Notes under the pieces: model-generated
Told to the model about the DNA's origin: nothing
The model's input: the letters and a program-made list of their open reading frames with translations, nothing else
Database searches by the model: none
Part shown: one piece after another, positions 13,439 to 26,269 of the stretch
Position numbering within the stretch: the first letter of the stretch is position 1
Layout of the letters: each line of letters starts with the position of its first letter
Origin: Bispira polyomma
Lineage: Eukaryota
DNA: 64,000 nt
Direction: 5' to 3'
NCBI GenBank assembly: GCA_965649765.1
Contig: OZ287749.1
Location: forward strand, 1,178,001 to 1,242,000
Position numbers and translations under genes: made by a program

Positions 13439-13743
13439 CTTGTTCGCTAATGCCAAGCTCCCATCGCTGTGTATATAAGATATTGTGACCATGTCGCTCC
13501 TTCGGACAACAAGCTTGACCTGCTGTATTATATTTATGGTGTATCCATCACTTAGGACCAACAAAAGCTTATCCTTTGGTGACATTATAAGAAAACTCTG
13601 TGATCCAAACAAGGCACTTGACAAGTCATACTTTGGAGGTCTAAAGGGGGAATCACTGGCAAATGATCCGAAAGCATGAAGGGTAAAGTATTTATCTTTA
13701 GTATTTGCATCCATGATGACCATGCCATAAGGGCTGGGACATT
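13439..13743 (-). CDS. Host gene exon, repeat domain 4 first half (CPSPYG..PPKYDLSSALFGS..LANK)
   Basis: catacag acceptor, gtcagt donor, 305 nt, phase 1 to 0; paralogous and equal in length to exon 14965-15269. Confidence 0.88.
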
Positions 13744-13967
13744 CTGTATGTATTAAAAAACAACAGGTAAGAATTATTGCAGAACATTTCAATTATATTC
13801 CAGGTTGATTTAAACCAATATTTTTATATCACTATAATCTATTCAACTCGGGTGATGGTAAAATTACTAATTATTTTGGTAAAGTGTTAACACATTTCTT
13901 AATATCTTTGTTGGAATCTTCTTTGTTGGAATCTTCTATTACAAAGCTACTGATGTTTGGTACTCAC

Positions 13968-14106
13968 GTTGACAGCACAAGAAGACCATGAGATTGTGTA
14001 TAAAGATCTTGCGAGGACCTGTGGCCTCTATGATAATCTTCTGAATATCTTCTAGGAGAGGTTCATCTACAATAGGTGTAACGGTGTCCTGGTCTTTTAT
14101 GAGCTT
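13968..14106 (-). CDS. Host gene exon, repeat domain 3 second half (KLIKDQD..FIHNLMVFLCCQ)
   Basis: atttag acceptor, gtgagt donor, 139 nt, phase 0 to 1, open. Confidence 0.88.
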
Positions 14107-14964
14107 CTAAATTAAACAGAACATTAACATAATCAGTTACTTCTGTAATTAGATCTGACAAATTTTAATTATGTTGTTATTTAACTTCCATTTTAAATAA
14201 ATCTACATTACTTTCGTTAAACATACTTTCACTCTCAAACGATGTAACAGAGGTATTCCAGTCTGTACAAGGATAATTGAAACTATTTTAAATTACACAA
14301 AATTATGCACGCATAGCAGGAGTAAGGATTTACGACAATTGGTGTCGTAAATTGTTCTCCTCCATAATAATACATAAGAACGAAACTACAATACTTCTTT
14401 GATGTTCGATATTTTAATTGATTATGGTATTTTTGTAAACAGTAGTGACTAAGATTTCATTTAGGTTCAAAAACCCTTTTCAACACACCTTTTGCCATAG
14501 CGTGATAGCATAGCATGCAAGTTAGTCAAGGAGGCAAACAGAATAGGGTAGTTAGTCAAGGTGTTCTATTCTGTAAACCACTATAAATAATGTAGTAAAA
14601 CTTTGAACATGTCAATTACTGCTGATTATTACTTTAAATAATGAATTAGCATTTGATGCATGTAGAGATAGTTTCACATGGTTATATGCAAATTACATGA
14701 CAAACATAATCAGAATTTATCAACCCCCAATTTTGGCGCCAAATGGGTCAACACAATGATCAGTAGAAACCTTGGTAAAATGAGGACGTAAATAATCAAA
14801 GTTTTCATTCAGTTTGATGTTTTTGTAACTGTGGATTTGTGAAAATTATGGGCTAGCCGGGGAATTACAATCGGTTAAAACATTTTTATGTTTACCAACA
14901 TATGGTAACTTATAGCTCATATTGTATATCACTTAGGGAAATTAATAATTCTTGAAGTACTTAC

Positions 14965-15269
14965 TGATGTCTTCAATGCTACTTCCCCATGTTTGTATAT
15001 ATAATACACATGGAGTTTTGGACTACCACAGATTGAAAATGTCAGTTTCCTCAGAACTGACTCTATACAGAACGCTTTTATTGATATGATCAATTTATCC
15101 TTGTATGATAACATCAGTGAACGTCCAGATCCATACAATGCATTAGACAAGTCATATTTTGGTGGATCAAATGGAGAACCACTTCCAAATGGACCCATTC
15201 CAGCCAAAGTGAAGTATTTATTTACAGTCTTGGCTTCTACTATAACTAATTCATTCTGGTTTAGGCACT
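14965..15269 (-). CDS. Host gene exon, repeat domain 3 first half (CLNQNE..PPKYDLSNALYGS..LKTS)
   Basis: gtacag acceptor, gtaagt donor, 305 nt, phase 1 to 0, open. Confidence 0.88.
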
Positions 15270-15831
15270 CTGTACAAATAGTGAGAAGACAAGCATCAAT
15301 TGACATTCATACAATACACGTCCAATGTTACCAGTTTTTGATAAACACCATTGTATTGTCCAAGGTATATATAGAATGTTTCCAATATTCATGTATTATG
15401 TCAACAGTTTTGGGAAATACACCATCACTCCTTGAGGGAGAAATCAGAAATGGGAAACATGAGGTTTAACATGCTTGGAATTTATTAAAAATTTTGTTAA
15501 AACACAAGTTACCTTGTTTTACATGCAGTACAGTTTGTCACACATCAATTGTTACAACTAACATCCATTGTTATCTGTTGTACATTTATTATAAGACTAT
15601 ACATCATGCTATTAGTTATTCCGTCTGTTAACATCGAGATTAATAATTACTAACCACTACATTATCATTACTAAATGACTAACCTTAAACCTATAGCTGT
15701 ATAAAGTGTCAACTTGTTTACAACTTAACTAAATGCGTTCGCCTGATGAAATGTATATGTATTCCTTGGCATAGCATGTATACAGTATACCAATATATTA
15801 TTACCCAATGGGTTTAATTCAAAGTATTTTT

Positions 15832-16088
15832 GGGGGGCAGCGGTGGCCTAGTGGTTAGCAAGCATTGCGCTTCACAATCACTGGTCTCTCACCTCTGGGC
15901 GGCTTGAGTTTGAATCCCGTCAATACCTATGTGGGAAAAGTGGTAGTTTCTTACTGTGGGCTGCTGGTTTCAGTGCAGAACCTTGATCAACTGTATGCAG
16001 TGTTTCCTCCAGCATTTCCAACTACCTGTCCCAATATAACCTAAACAGGTACTAGAGTGGACGTTAAATATCCCAATTAAAAAAAAAA
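15832..16088 (+). mobile_element. Full-length tRNA-derived SINE with A-tail and TSD
   Basis: A box tggcctagtgg, B-box-like gagtttgaatccc, gtttcctcc core, A-rich tail; aaagtattttt on both flanks. Confidence 0.85.
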
Positions 16089-16678
16089 GTATTTTTGAAT
16101 GTCGACAGATTCTTTGGGATGAAGGGTGGGGCAAAAAGGCCACCCATGTGTGTCCCCCAACTTCACAACTGAGTTGAAAACCTGCCTATACTGTATTTTT
16201 ACACCCAATTTTGGCGCCAAATGGGTCTATTCTATTGACCCCTCTCTGTGGTAATAACTTTCACTCACATTTTGTCATGTCCTGGTTGATGCAATAATTC
16301 ACCCATGACTTTACAAGGGCATGTCTTTACCTTCAGCCCACACAATATTAAACACCTTGGTTTGTTCTTTCTAAGGCCAAGCCGAATTATACACCATAAA
16401 AGGCTATACAAATGATTAGACTGTTTTACATAAACTCCCTATAGACTGAACCGGTGTGCTATTGTACATACACATCACCCAGCACAGTTGAAAACCTGAT
16501 TCTAGATATAGTCTCACATTCCCAAAATCCAAAAGAAAAGTGGCAAACTGCCACAGTGCCTGTCACAGCAGAGAAAAGCAACAAAGATTGGAGCACTACA
16601 AGTGTTTATTAAGATACTAAAATTTTGTTAGAATAGATACGTGACACAATTTTTGCCCTCAAAGCCAAAGAAGCAATA

Positions 16679-17652
16679 TTAGAAAGTAGAATTTATTAAC
16701 GTTTGGAAAGTGGAGGGGATAACGCAAGACTGTGCAGATTCTCGTTGAATGTTAGCCCACACAGCATTGCTTTTCCATACACCATGCAATTTTATATTTT
16801 CCAGTGGTACATTAGCATCGTATGCAATAGTGGCTGCTGACCTTCTGAAATTGTGAAATCCATGACCCTGTAAGGGTATGCCACAAATCCTAAGAACTGA
16901 GGCAAGCCTTTTTCTAACCATAGACTGTGTAACTAGATGGAACTGAGAGTCCACAAACAGTGGATCAGAAGATGGGAGTTTAATTGAACCCAATAAAGCC
17001 CCAATTGCCTAAACTGGACACATAAGGGGGTTATCAACCCTTGGAAGAATGATGACACAAGTCTGATCCACTGATTGCAGGTTCTTGGCCCATTTAATAC
17101 GTAAATGAATGCGAGGTGGTACCAATACCACATCACGCCTACATATCAGTCTAGAATAATCCAAGTTACTTTGTGAAGGAGGTTCCACATTTGAAATACG
17201 CAAAAATGCATAAAAAGCTGTCAGAAACAGAGCTCTGTATGTTAGTGTGCTTTCAAACACTGCACACGCTTGAGAGATTGATTTTATATCTTGTAATGAA
17301 AAGATGCCTTTCGGCCTAACCACTCGTGGGCCATTTATCATAATTGACCTGAGAAACTTCTTGACCATGTGATGGTCCCATGGTTGTACATTCAAATTAA
17401 ACTTTATACTATAATATTTGACTGCTGAAGCATAATTGTTTATAACCCTATAGGAGAGGCCCTGCGAAACCCAAAATTCTAAAAATAACAACACCACAGA
17501 CACATTAGTTTCTAATGGCAAAGTGTGTCTAACCAAAAACCCAATAAACAGTCTAAATTGTTTCAAATATATTCCACTAGTAGCTGGTCGCACTGCGTTG
17601 GCTGCCCTATCTAAAGCCACGTTCAACAGTGGAACACAGCCTGGAGGTACAC
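16679..17652 (-). pseudogene. Tyrosine recombinase of element 1 (no ATG; preceded by a splice acceptor)
   Basis: Catalytic R (FLRISN), H-x-x-R (HNFRR), HGxW; a stop near 17009 splits the ORF; acceptor gttctag at 17653-17654. Confidence 0.88.
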
Positions 17653-17718
17653 CTAGAACATATTATACAAACACATCATGTCATTCTCAATATGCTCATG
17701 TATTTTTTGGTTAAACAC

Positions 17719-19637
17719 TTAAAATAACTTATCTTTACCTAATCTGGACAAGGCATCTGCCTGATTATTAAGTTTTCCTGCTATATGTTTAACAGTAAGG
17801 TTTATGTTATGTCTAGTGACCTCGTGCCATATGTTCCTAATACACAGTTCCATAAACACGTCCCTAGTTGCCCCCCTGTTAACTACGTGGACCGCCGCCT
17901 CGTTGTCACATCTGACACACACGTCTCTATTCCTCAAGTAAGAGCCCCAAATTCTCAATGCCAACAGAATATTGTACAACTCGTACTGACTAATTGCTTG
18001 TGTATCTATGAGTTCTCGTGGGACAGGAACAGAATATACACATTTTCCCCAGATACCCCCCATCCTAACGAGAGTTGAATACACAAAAATTTGTTCCTGC
18101 TCCTGAGTCCTTCTAACATAGACTGAGCCATTAAATGTGGTTAGGAATTTGAACCATGCAATATCCAAGTAGTATCCCTGTTCTGGGGTAAACTTTTTGT
18201 CCATCCTATGTTCTCGAAGAGTGGAGAGCAACCTATTCATGAAAACTCATGATCCTGGAACACAGCGCGAGACATAAAGGAGTCCATGAGTATACTGGCA
18301 TGGCAAATGCTCATAATCTCACACAGCTTGTCCTTACAAATACTAAAGGTAAAATTATCAACGTTAACTGTAATACCTGATATAGTCAGTGATTTAGTGG
18401 GAGCTACTACTTTATTCGGGTTAAGTGGGAGACCCAAACCCTGAATTATTTTTAGTAACGCCTGAAAGGCCTCATTTGCTTCGTCCTTGTGTACACAAGC
18501 ATAAAAGTTGTCTATGTAGTTGTGGACAACAAAGCCACGCTTACTCATTAAGTATCTGACAAAATCCGTCAATCTCTAAAAAATGGCAGTGCCATTAACG
18601 GCCCCAAATGCCAAATTTTGATCAAGATAATAAAGCTCTCGCCACTTTATTCCTAGATGCACTGCCTCTCCGGGATAAATTTTTACATTTCTGAAAGCAC
18701 GCGAGATGTCAGCCTTGAACAATCTTGCATTTTTCCCATATTGCTTCAAAGCTGGTATTGGAGAATCCAAATTTGGCAAACGCAAACTAAAATGTTCTCC
18801 TAAATAGCTGTCTCTAATAGTGGCCTTGTAAACCGAATTTTCCCCATATGAGAGATCTAGAATGACTCTTCTAGAGCTACCCTCTTTTGGCCTTGTCATT
18901 AAAGGAGCCCAAGTGTAATTTTTATGTGGTATATCAGAAAAAGGACCCAATAATGCTTCATGCTTGAGTTCAGTTTCAATATACTTTTGGACATCATGAG
19001 GAAAAACATTTGCAGAAGAGTGGTTAGTGGTAGTGGCTGTGGTGACCTGTTTGTCCTTGTCTAGCCCTAAAGGAAAACCATATTGTAAGAGATCAAGAAT
19101 GGCCTTGTCATGATACCCCTCCATATGCCTTTCCCAATACTCTATATTTAATGTAGTATGCAAAGGAAGTCTAGCCTTCTGGAAGTTATACACTCCTGAC
19201 TTTATGACTCTGTCTACAATCTCACAATACTGCTTTGTGTCACGTGAGTCTAACAACACACCCTGAGGGCTAGAAATGACATCTGTACAACCAGAAATAA
19301 AACCAACTTTTCTATCAAACAAGTCTTGCTTTTTATGGAACACAACTGTGTTCAACTCAGGTTGCTTAATTAAATCAGCGTCTTTCTTAAAACTATTGTC
19401 TGTAGACTGTCTTTGTTGATTAATGTCCTGTGAGTTTTGTACTGAAACACTAAACTTAACTAAAGGTTGTCCTACAAAATCTAGTATGTTAATATCTTTT
19501 CTATTGCCATAAGGGCCACGTCTATGCATCTGTTGAACTGTAAGAAAACTGGCTCGCACACAGACTTGACACCAGCAATGCTTGTGTCCGACTCTCAGGC
19601 AGCCACACTCTGTGTGTGTCGCGAGACCCTGCTTCAC
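17719..19637 (-). pseudogene. Reverse transcriptase / RNase H of element 1
   Basis: ORFs 18576-19637, 18237-18572 and 17719-18240 with DIRS/Ngaro-type RT and RNase H motifs. Confidence 0.9.
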
Positions 19638-19919
19638 GTCGCCGAGAACAGTCCCCTGCTGCCAAGTCTGCTGATGATCATAGCCTGTGTCTCCAGGTTC
19701 CCGAGATGTCAGTCTATGAAGTCGTCCAGCCAGTGAACAGACCCCTTTACCCTATAGAGAGTAATTTTTAACCAAATTGTCTTCATAAGAGGAAGACGAT
19801 AACCCACCATCACTGTTTATAAAGTCACCCTTGTAAGTATCAGAGCTGTTCTTATCTATTAAAGTCATTGAGAAATGAGAACGTGTGCGCGAGTTCTCAT
19901 GGCAAGGGCCCCTTCAGGC

Positions 19920-21080
19920 CTATTCTGCTGACATACGCTTCTTGTTGTTGCACTGAGCCTCAGTATGTTGGTTATCCCTCTTCAGCGACTTAGCACAGTA
20001 GGGACAAACGTGTTTAAAATAGGTCACACCTGTGGAGTCATGATGGTCTTGGTTATGGATACAGCTACCCTCCTTGAAATATTTACACACTACTCGCTTT
20101 GCCTTCCCAGTTGTTGACGTGTTGTCTGCCTTGGCTTTCTGTCCCATGGTGACAGATCCACTGGGAATATGTGAGTCTGTTATCCACAAATGTTGCTGTT
20201 GCATCCCATTTTTCCGCCTCCTCTTCGATCATATGCATTGAGACGGCAAACGCCCCCCTTGCTATGGTCCAAGAAAGGTTTTCGGCTAATTGGACAGTTT
20301 CCATCAGTTCATTCAGCATTGCTCTAGTATCTGTGTTATCCTGCACCTCTTGTGTGTTTTTTAAAACACCTGTGACAAATTGTCCTAAAGATAGCTCATC
20401 AAAAGTCATTCTCTTCCTCGAGGGTCCCACCAGACACGCTTCGTTAGGCCACCTCAGAGCCGGATTAGCATTGGGTGTATCAGTCGTGTTGTACCTGCCA
20501 CTTTTCTTTCTACGGGAATTACCTTGTGCAAACTCCTGCCTGACTCTAGACTTCAGAACAGCTATTCTTTCGTCGACAAGACGTTGCACCATGGGGTTCT
20601 GCCTAAGTGCTTCCAAAGAATCCACTGCTGTAAATGCTAATCCTCCCTGGGCAGGCACCCCTTGGGCCTGGGTGGTAGCAGCCACTACCTCTTGTGCTTG
20701 TGGCAACATCCCTTGAGTGGTTGCCATTGCTGGTTGCATGATAGTCTGTGTCGTCACTGGTCCTACGCTTGGTACTATTTGCTGCATCATCAGATGTGGT
20801 GTAGCTGTAAGATGCGTATTAGCCACAGGTCCCGAGTCACACAGTTTAACTGGTCGACCTTGAGAGTGACAGTATAGCAAGATGGAATTCTGGTTGACAT
20901 CTGTAAATTGTTTGTTTTCTGAAGTTGATCCTGTAAATGGAATGGAGTGGCACAGGGCCCAAATGTTGGCTCCCACTCATGAGTTCCCATAGCAGTATCT
21001 CCCAGTGATCCCCCATCCATCAAAGGTGCTGCTACTAGCGAGGAAGTGTATGGTTTAATCCTCTTTATTTTTGGTAACAT
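19920..21080 (-). pseudogene. ORF1/gag of element 1
   Basis: KKSGR..WP..FDELSLGQFV.G segment and C-terminal CKYFKEGSC..H..HVCPYC..H..C cluster; frameshifted. Confidence 0.8.
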
Positions 21081-21119
21081 TTCAAAACTAATTATGATGC
21101 AGGTACTCTGATGCACTGC

Positions 21120-21166
21120 CTTATATACTAGGAGAACTCCTGTGATTGGCCTGGGCGGCCTATTGG
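21120..21166 (-). promoter_or_regulatory. Probable internal Pol II promoter of element 1 (two CCAAT boxes plus TATA)
   Basis: Minus strand ccaatag..ccaatca..agtatataagg just upstream of gag; the same agtatataagg occurs upstream of gag in element 2 (about 61587-61597). Confidence 0.5.
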
Positions 21167-21502
21167 AACAGTCCATCATGTGGATTAGTTCATTTTTGCT
21201 CACTGACCCATATATGGCCTGACCTAACCAGTCAAGCCTTACAATAGGGCAACAGTTCACCCTGTGGTATAATACATTTGTGACTGATACATAATTAAAC
21301 CGTTAACTCTTGTATAATTATCCCCATTGCCAGATATCTTCATTAACAAATTTCTTTTTCACAAAGGGTATATTATTTCAAAGTAGTTTCAATACCAGGG
21401 TGTTCACAATCAATTTACTTCAACCTAAACTTACCAGGATTTGCAAGATCTTTTAGAATTATAGTTAAATACAAATATCTGTTCATAAGACAAAGGTTTT
21501 AC

Positions 21503-21619
21503 CTGGTGTTGGGGTTGTCTTTGTAGCCTCTGTAGTTGTAAGGCTGACTGGGGATGGACTGGGTGATGGGGTGGGAGTTGGAGTTGGTGTCAGTGTTGGA
21601 GAAGGTGTTGGATATTCCG
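21503..21619 (-). CDS. Host gene exon, Pro/Thr/Ser-rich mucin-like linker (EYPTPSPTLTPTPTPTPSPSPSPVSLTTTEATKTTPTP)
   Basis: ttatag acceptor, gtaaaa donor, 117 nt, phase 1 to 1; final G plus AG of exon 15269 gives Glu before the domain Cys. Confidence 0.85.
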
Positions 21620-23399
21620 CTATAATATACATGCATATATTAAGAACTAAGTCATCCAAGATATTGTATCTTTTTCAAAACTTGAATGAGTATAATATAG
21701 TATGATTAAATTGCATGTACAATTGAAAAATTCAAATTAAACACACAGGCTCAATAAATATGTACAATGTTTGTCTTTTTTTGGCTGAAATGTCTGACTG
21801 ATTGAATGGAGTCAGCCACTTGATAGTATCTTTATATGCCAAAGTATACGATTTATTGTTAACACTAGATTTTAAAAAAGCAGACAAGAAAAATAGCTAT
21901 TCCAAGCAGTAAACTGGATTGAAACATTGACACAACAATCTTTTACTTCATGAACTTGATTTTATGTATTTGGTCCTTTGAAACCAGATAAAATTTTGCC
22001 AGCATTAGGTGGTATACTTTATGTTAGAAAAAACAGTTTACTGTTTGAAAATTTTTGCACATCCAAAAGGGGTTATGGGATATATATATATATATATATA
22101 AACACACATAATTTTGTACACACATATATATATATAGTCGTCATACTTACCCAAGCATGCTATAATATGATAGCTTTTGAGAACGACCTCAATTGTGCAA
22201 TTAGTTGTGGGCTCCCAAATTAACCTTAGGCTGCTTGTGGCTCGAGCTTTTGGGTAACGAAATGTAGTTCGGGTCAGCCTGTCTCTACATGGAAATGTTA
22301 CCTACAATGTAATAATAGGGATAAATTTAATTTGTAAGATATTATTATAAAATGACATGCCCACCTGATGAATAACAGCTATTGCACAAGCATCAACCTT
22401 TTGTCCGTGAACATTTTCTGGTGTTGCCCCAATTCTTGTAAACTCTGGAGACAGAGAGGTGGGCAAGAGTCTGTGGTTCATAGGCAGTTCTTAAATGGGG
22501 TTCAACTGAAATGTTTCCATTTTATTAAGGAAACATGCTCTCAACTGTTTAACAATGGCTAAAATTACTACTCAATAGAAGAAGGGTGATTTACATGGAG
22601 GGGGAAAGATATCTGTATTGCAGTATATCACAGATGACTCACTGCATATATATCTCTAACTAATAAAAGTGCCTGAAGCTCCCTAATGGCATCCTGAGTG
22701 ACTAGTCAAAAAGGTATGGGTATCCAGTTACCAGCTAAACTAGAATACTTCTGGTGGAGGGGACTTCCGAATCGGCACAACTACTATAGACAGATTTAAA
22801 TTGTTAACTTCACCACCAGCAGCATACCCAATCTGTCAAATTGAAAATTGAACAACAAAAGGAGACACTTTGGCATTATAGCTTTCATCTGTTCTATGGC
22901 GGCCAGTTAACATATTTATTTTATACATAATAATACCACTAACAAAGAATGCAATATATTTGTTGCAAAATAAATACTGACAGTCACCACGCATCATATG
23001 TTCAAATATGAAGCAATATTTGAGGCCTCTAAATAGGAATAGTATGTTTGCATACACAACTATAACATACATGTAATTAACAACAGATTAACACAATTTA
23101 AAATAATTTCTAGGAGAATCTGTTTGTCGTTGCAATGTAATCTTGTATATAAGTTATTGCAATCAAATTTGTCTCGTTGCTATATTAGCATTGGCCCCTC
23201 AATAGGCTTGACCATGTTACCTCAAACTTGTTACACAGTTCTATTCTGAGATCCTAATACAATGGGCAGTTTAAAAGTAATGATAAGCATTTTCTGTTAA
23301 AGCAGTGCAGCAGCCCTTGCTGTCAGGTATGATATTGAAATTAAACAGATCTGAATTTAACCAGCTACAATTCGATCGCAATTTTTATTGTATATTAGA

Positions 23400-25900
23400 C
23401 AGTTTCCTGTCGCCACTACTATACCATTATAGTATGTTATATTATATTCGCGAATTTTTGTTTTGGGAAAAAGGAATCTGCTAAACAAGCTTGTTTTTGT
23501 CCTGATATTCATAACTTTATTAGCTTTCATAAGCAGTAGTTGGATCTTTCTGTGTTTAGAATATCGGGCTTCATCTTGTATTATCTTGTGAAGTGTAACA
23601 TTACGCAATATTTGTCTGCGTTTTTTTAAAGAGTCCCAGCTCAGCTCATTATACACAATCTCTGTTGGTGTCCGGATAATGGCACCACTTACAATCCTAG
23701 CTGCCCTTTTTTGCACCTTTTTTGCAGTGTTAAACCTAAGTGTTTGTGATGGGACACATTTTCTTAAAATCTGATTATTGAACTGTATGTCAGGTAAAGC
23801 TTGTCGGTACTTTTTGAGAGTACAATACATTGACTTCGTTTTTTAGGACTAAATGTTACCAACCATTGCTTTGCCCACTGGTGTATACAGTCTAAATCGT
23901 TATTTAGAGAACTACTACTTCTGACAAGATCGTCATCAATTGTGATATAAAGCATAGTACTGTCAGCGAACAATCTAATTTCATTACTTATAGTATCAGT
24001 CAGATCATTTATATATACGAGAAATAGTAACGGACCAAACACTGATCCTTGTGGGACGCCAGCCTTTATATTCCCAAGTAACGAGGCCTCACCATTTATC
24101 ACTACCCGTTGTTTTCTATCAGACACATCATTTTCAAACCATGCTAACAGTGAATTTTTGATACCAATTTTTATTAACTTATATATTAGTCCTGCATCCC
24201 AGACTTTATCAAATGCTTTTGAGATGTGACATAATACTATTATTAAATCCTTATTCTTATCTAATGCTTCTGCAAAAAAATGATACAAATGGGTTAATTG
24301 ATATACGGTTGAATCACTGTGATACATGTATTTGAAAACAACCTGTTCAAACATTTTACCTACACAGCTTAGCAAAGAAATTGGTCTGTAATTCGTAACC
24401 AAATAAGGATCACCTTTTTTATATAAAGGAACAACATGTGCTTTCTTCCAACTTTAAGGAAACTACTTTAACTGTAGTGACATATTAAATAAGCGACAAA
24501 GTGAAGGTACTATAGAATCGTCCCCTCCTTTAGCATTAACGGGCTAATGATATCAGGGCCACTAGCCTTACCAATGTCAATCAATTTTATTAAATCTAGA
24601 ACATCAGTTTCACTGGCTGTTATGTTTGAAAGCGTTTAAGGTGTCCTTTGATGAGTTGCTATCCTCATTTCTTGATCATTCAACTTATGTGTGAAATAAA
24701 AAAAAATAACTGTTCAGCGTTGAACTTGTTGTGAGTGATAATGTTGTTGCCATAATTCATTGGATAGCTGGTTGCTTTATTTCTCCCTAAAAAGGAGTTG
24801 ACTATGTGCCACCAATTTTTAGATGACTGTGGCTTATCAGCTTGGTATTTAAGATTTTGTTTGTATGATTCGTTCCTATGATTCTTTTGCTTCTACAATT
24901 TCCCTGTTGTAATTGTTACGAATTTGCTTGTAATTTGACCAATAATAGTCATTATTATTCCTTTTGGCCAATCTAAAAGCATGATCTCTCTTCTATTTAA
25001 GTTTTCTCAAGAAGTTATTGAAAAAAGGTTTGGCACTAGGCCTTATTTCAGCCAATTTATTTGGTATGCAGCTTTGTGCAATATTTAAGTTTGAGCCCAT
25101 TTTGTTACTGTTGTATCAACATCACCATCAACAAAGCAAGCCTCCCAGTCTGGGTTCATAAAAGAGTTTCTAAAGTCATCAGAATTTGCCCTTTCATAAT
25201 CCCAAACTAGGCGTTTATACGTTTTCTGTTTCGTATATTTTAAGTTTACTTCTAGACTTATCAACATATGATCAGAATTTAGTACTGGTTCCTTTACAGA
25301 TGCGTTGATCACTTTTTCCTCAAAATTAGTGATGAACTGATCCAATACAGTTTGAGTGGTTGGCGTTATTCTAGTTGAAAAGTCCACTAGGATAGTAACA
25401 TTTTTTGTTTGTGCAAACATGCTTAAGTAATCACCATTTATGATATTCAGAGTTAAAGTCTCCTAGAGATTATGTCCAAGATGTCACCAGATTTTGTGTT
25501 GTCAACTGAATTCTGTAAAATCCCAGAAATTAATTTGAGAACTTGGTGGTCGATTACAAACTGCGGCCAAGAATTTTTTGTTAAACGTTTGCACTTCTAG
25601 CCACACCATTTCAAGATTGTCATCTTCTAGATCATCCCGATGAACATATGCAAGATCATCCGATATATATGCCACTACACCGCCCCATGCTCTATTAACT
25701 ATATCTCTCCTAACTATTTCTTGAAAGTTAAGCAGGCTCAAAGAGAAGTCAATATTTCGTTCATTACTTAAATTAGTTTCAGTAAGGCAAATAATCTCGT
25801 ACTTTGAAACTACATTATCTGATATATATTCTGATTTGTTTAAACTCTGTATGTTTGAATGAAAAATTTTAATGATGTTACAGACTGAGATTCAACATTG
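23400..25900 (-). mobile_element. CR1-group LINE ORF2 remnant (APE endonuclease plus RT)
   Basis: GGVVAYI, NRPPSS, SDH endonuclease motifs; NYRPISLL, ISKAFDKV, GVPQGSVFGPLLF, FADS RT motifs; many stops and frameshifts. Confidence 0.9.
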
Positions 25901-26269
25901 TCAGTAAGCTGATGTTTATATTAACCTTGTTACAAAACTCCTCATGTATATTTAACCTTTTATAATTCTCATGATAGACTGTCGGTACATAAATTGCATG
26001 ATAAATACTATAATCCCTATAAGTTACGTACATTAACATTGTCATGAATTTTTACAATTCTCAAAAACTGATACCCAAATTCTGCAGTTATTCTTGCCAG
26101 AGACAAAACAAAAAGATAAAAATAAAATAAACTTACCTAAAAATACAAACTGGAAAAATAAATATACTGCATGTCAGATATGAAACAAAATAATTATCAT
26201 CAAGTCTCTATGGCAAGTTATTCCAAAAAACAGAAAAAAAGTAAAAAAAATACACAGTAGTAAATATAT

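Larger units (their letters stand above)
16150..21270 (-). mobile_element. Ngaro-like tyrosine-recombinase retrotransposon 1 (gag - RT/RNase H - YR), defective; ends approximate
   Basis: gag with terminal Cys/His cluster; RT (RRVILDLS, KADISRAF, LAFG, YIDNF); RNase H (CDNEAAV, HIAGKLNNQADALSR); YR (FLRISN, HNFRRSAA, HGVWKS). Confidence 0.9.

Noticed and set aside
13485-15469. Plus-strand ORFs 13485-13679 and 15086-15469
   Set aside because: Antisense shadows of the minus-strand host exons, which carry the splice signals
15832-15925. tRNA gene
   Set aside because: A/B boxes are present but there is no proper cloverleaf; it continues into a SINE body with A-tail and TSD (similar for 61854 and 62495)
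16679-17626. Phage integrase or prophage
   Set aside because: The recombinase is linked to gag and RT/RNase H ORFs, so it belongs to a YR retrotransposon; no phage genes nearby
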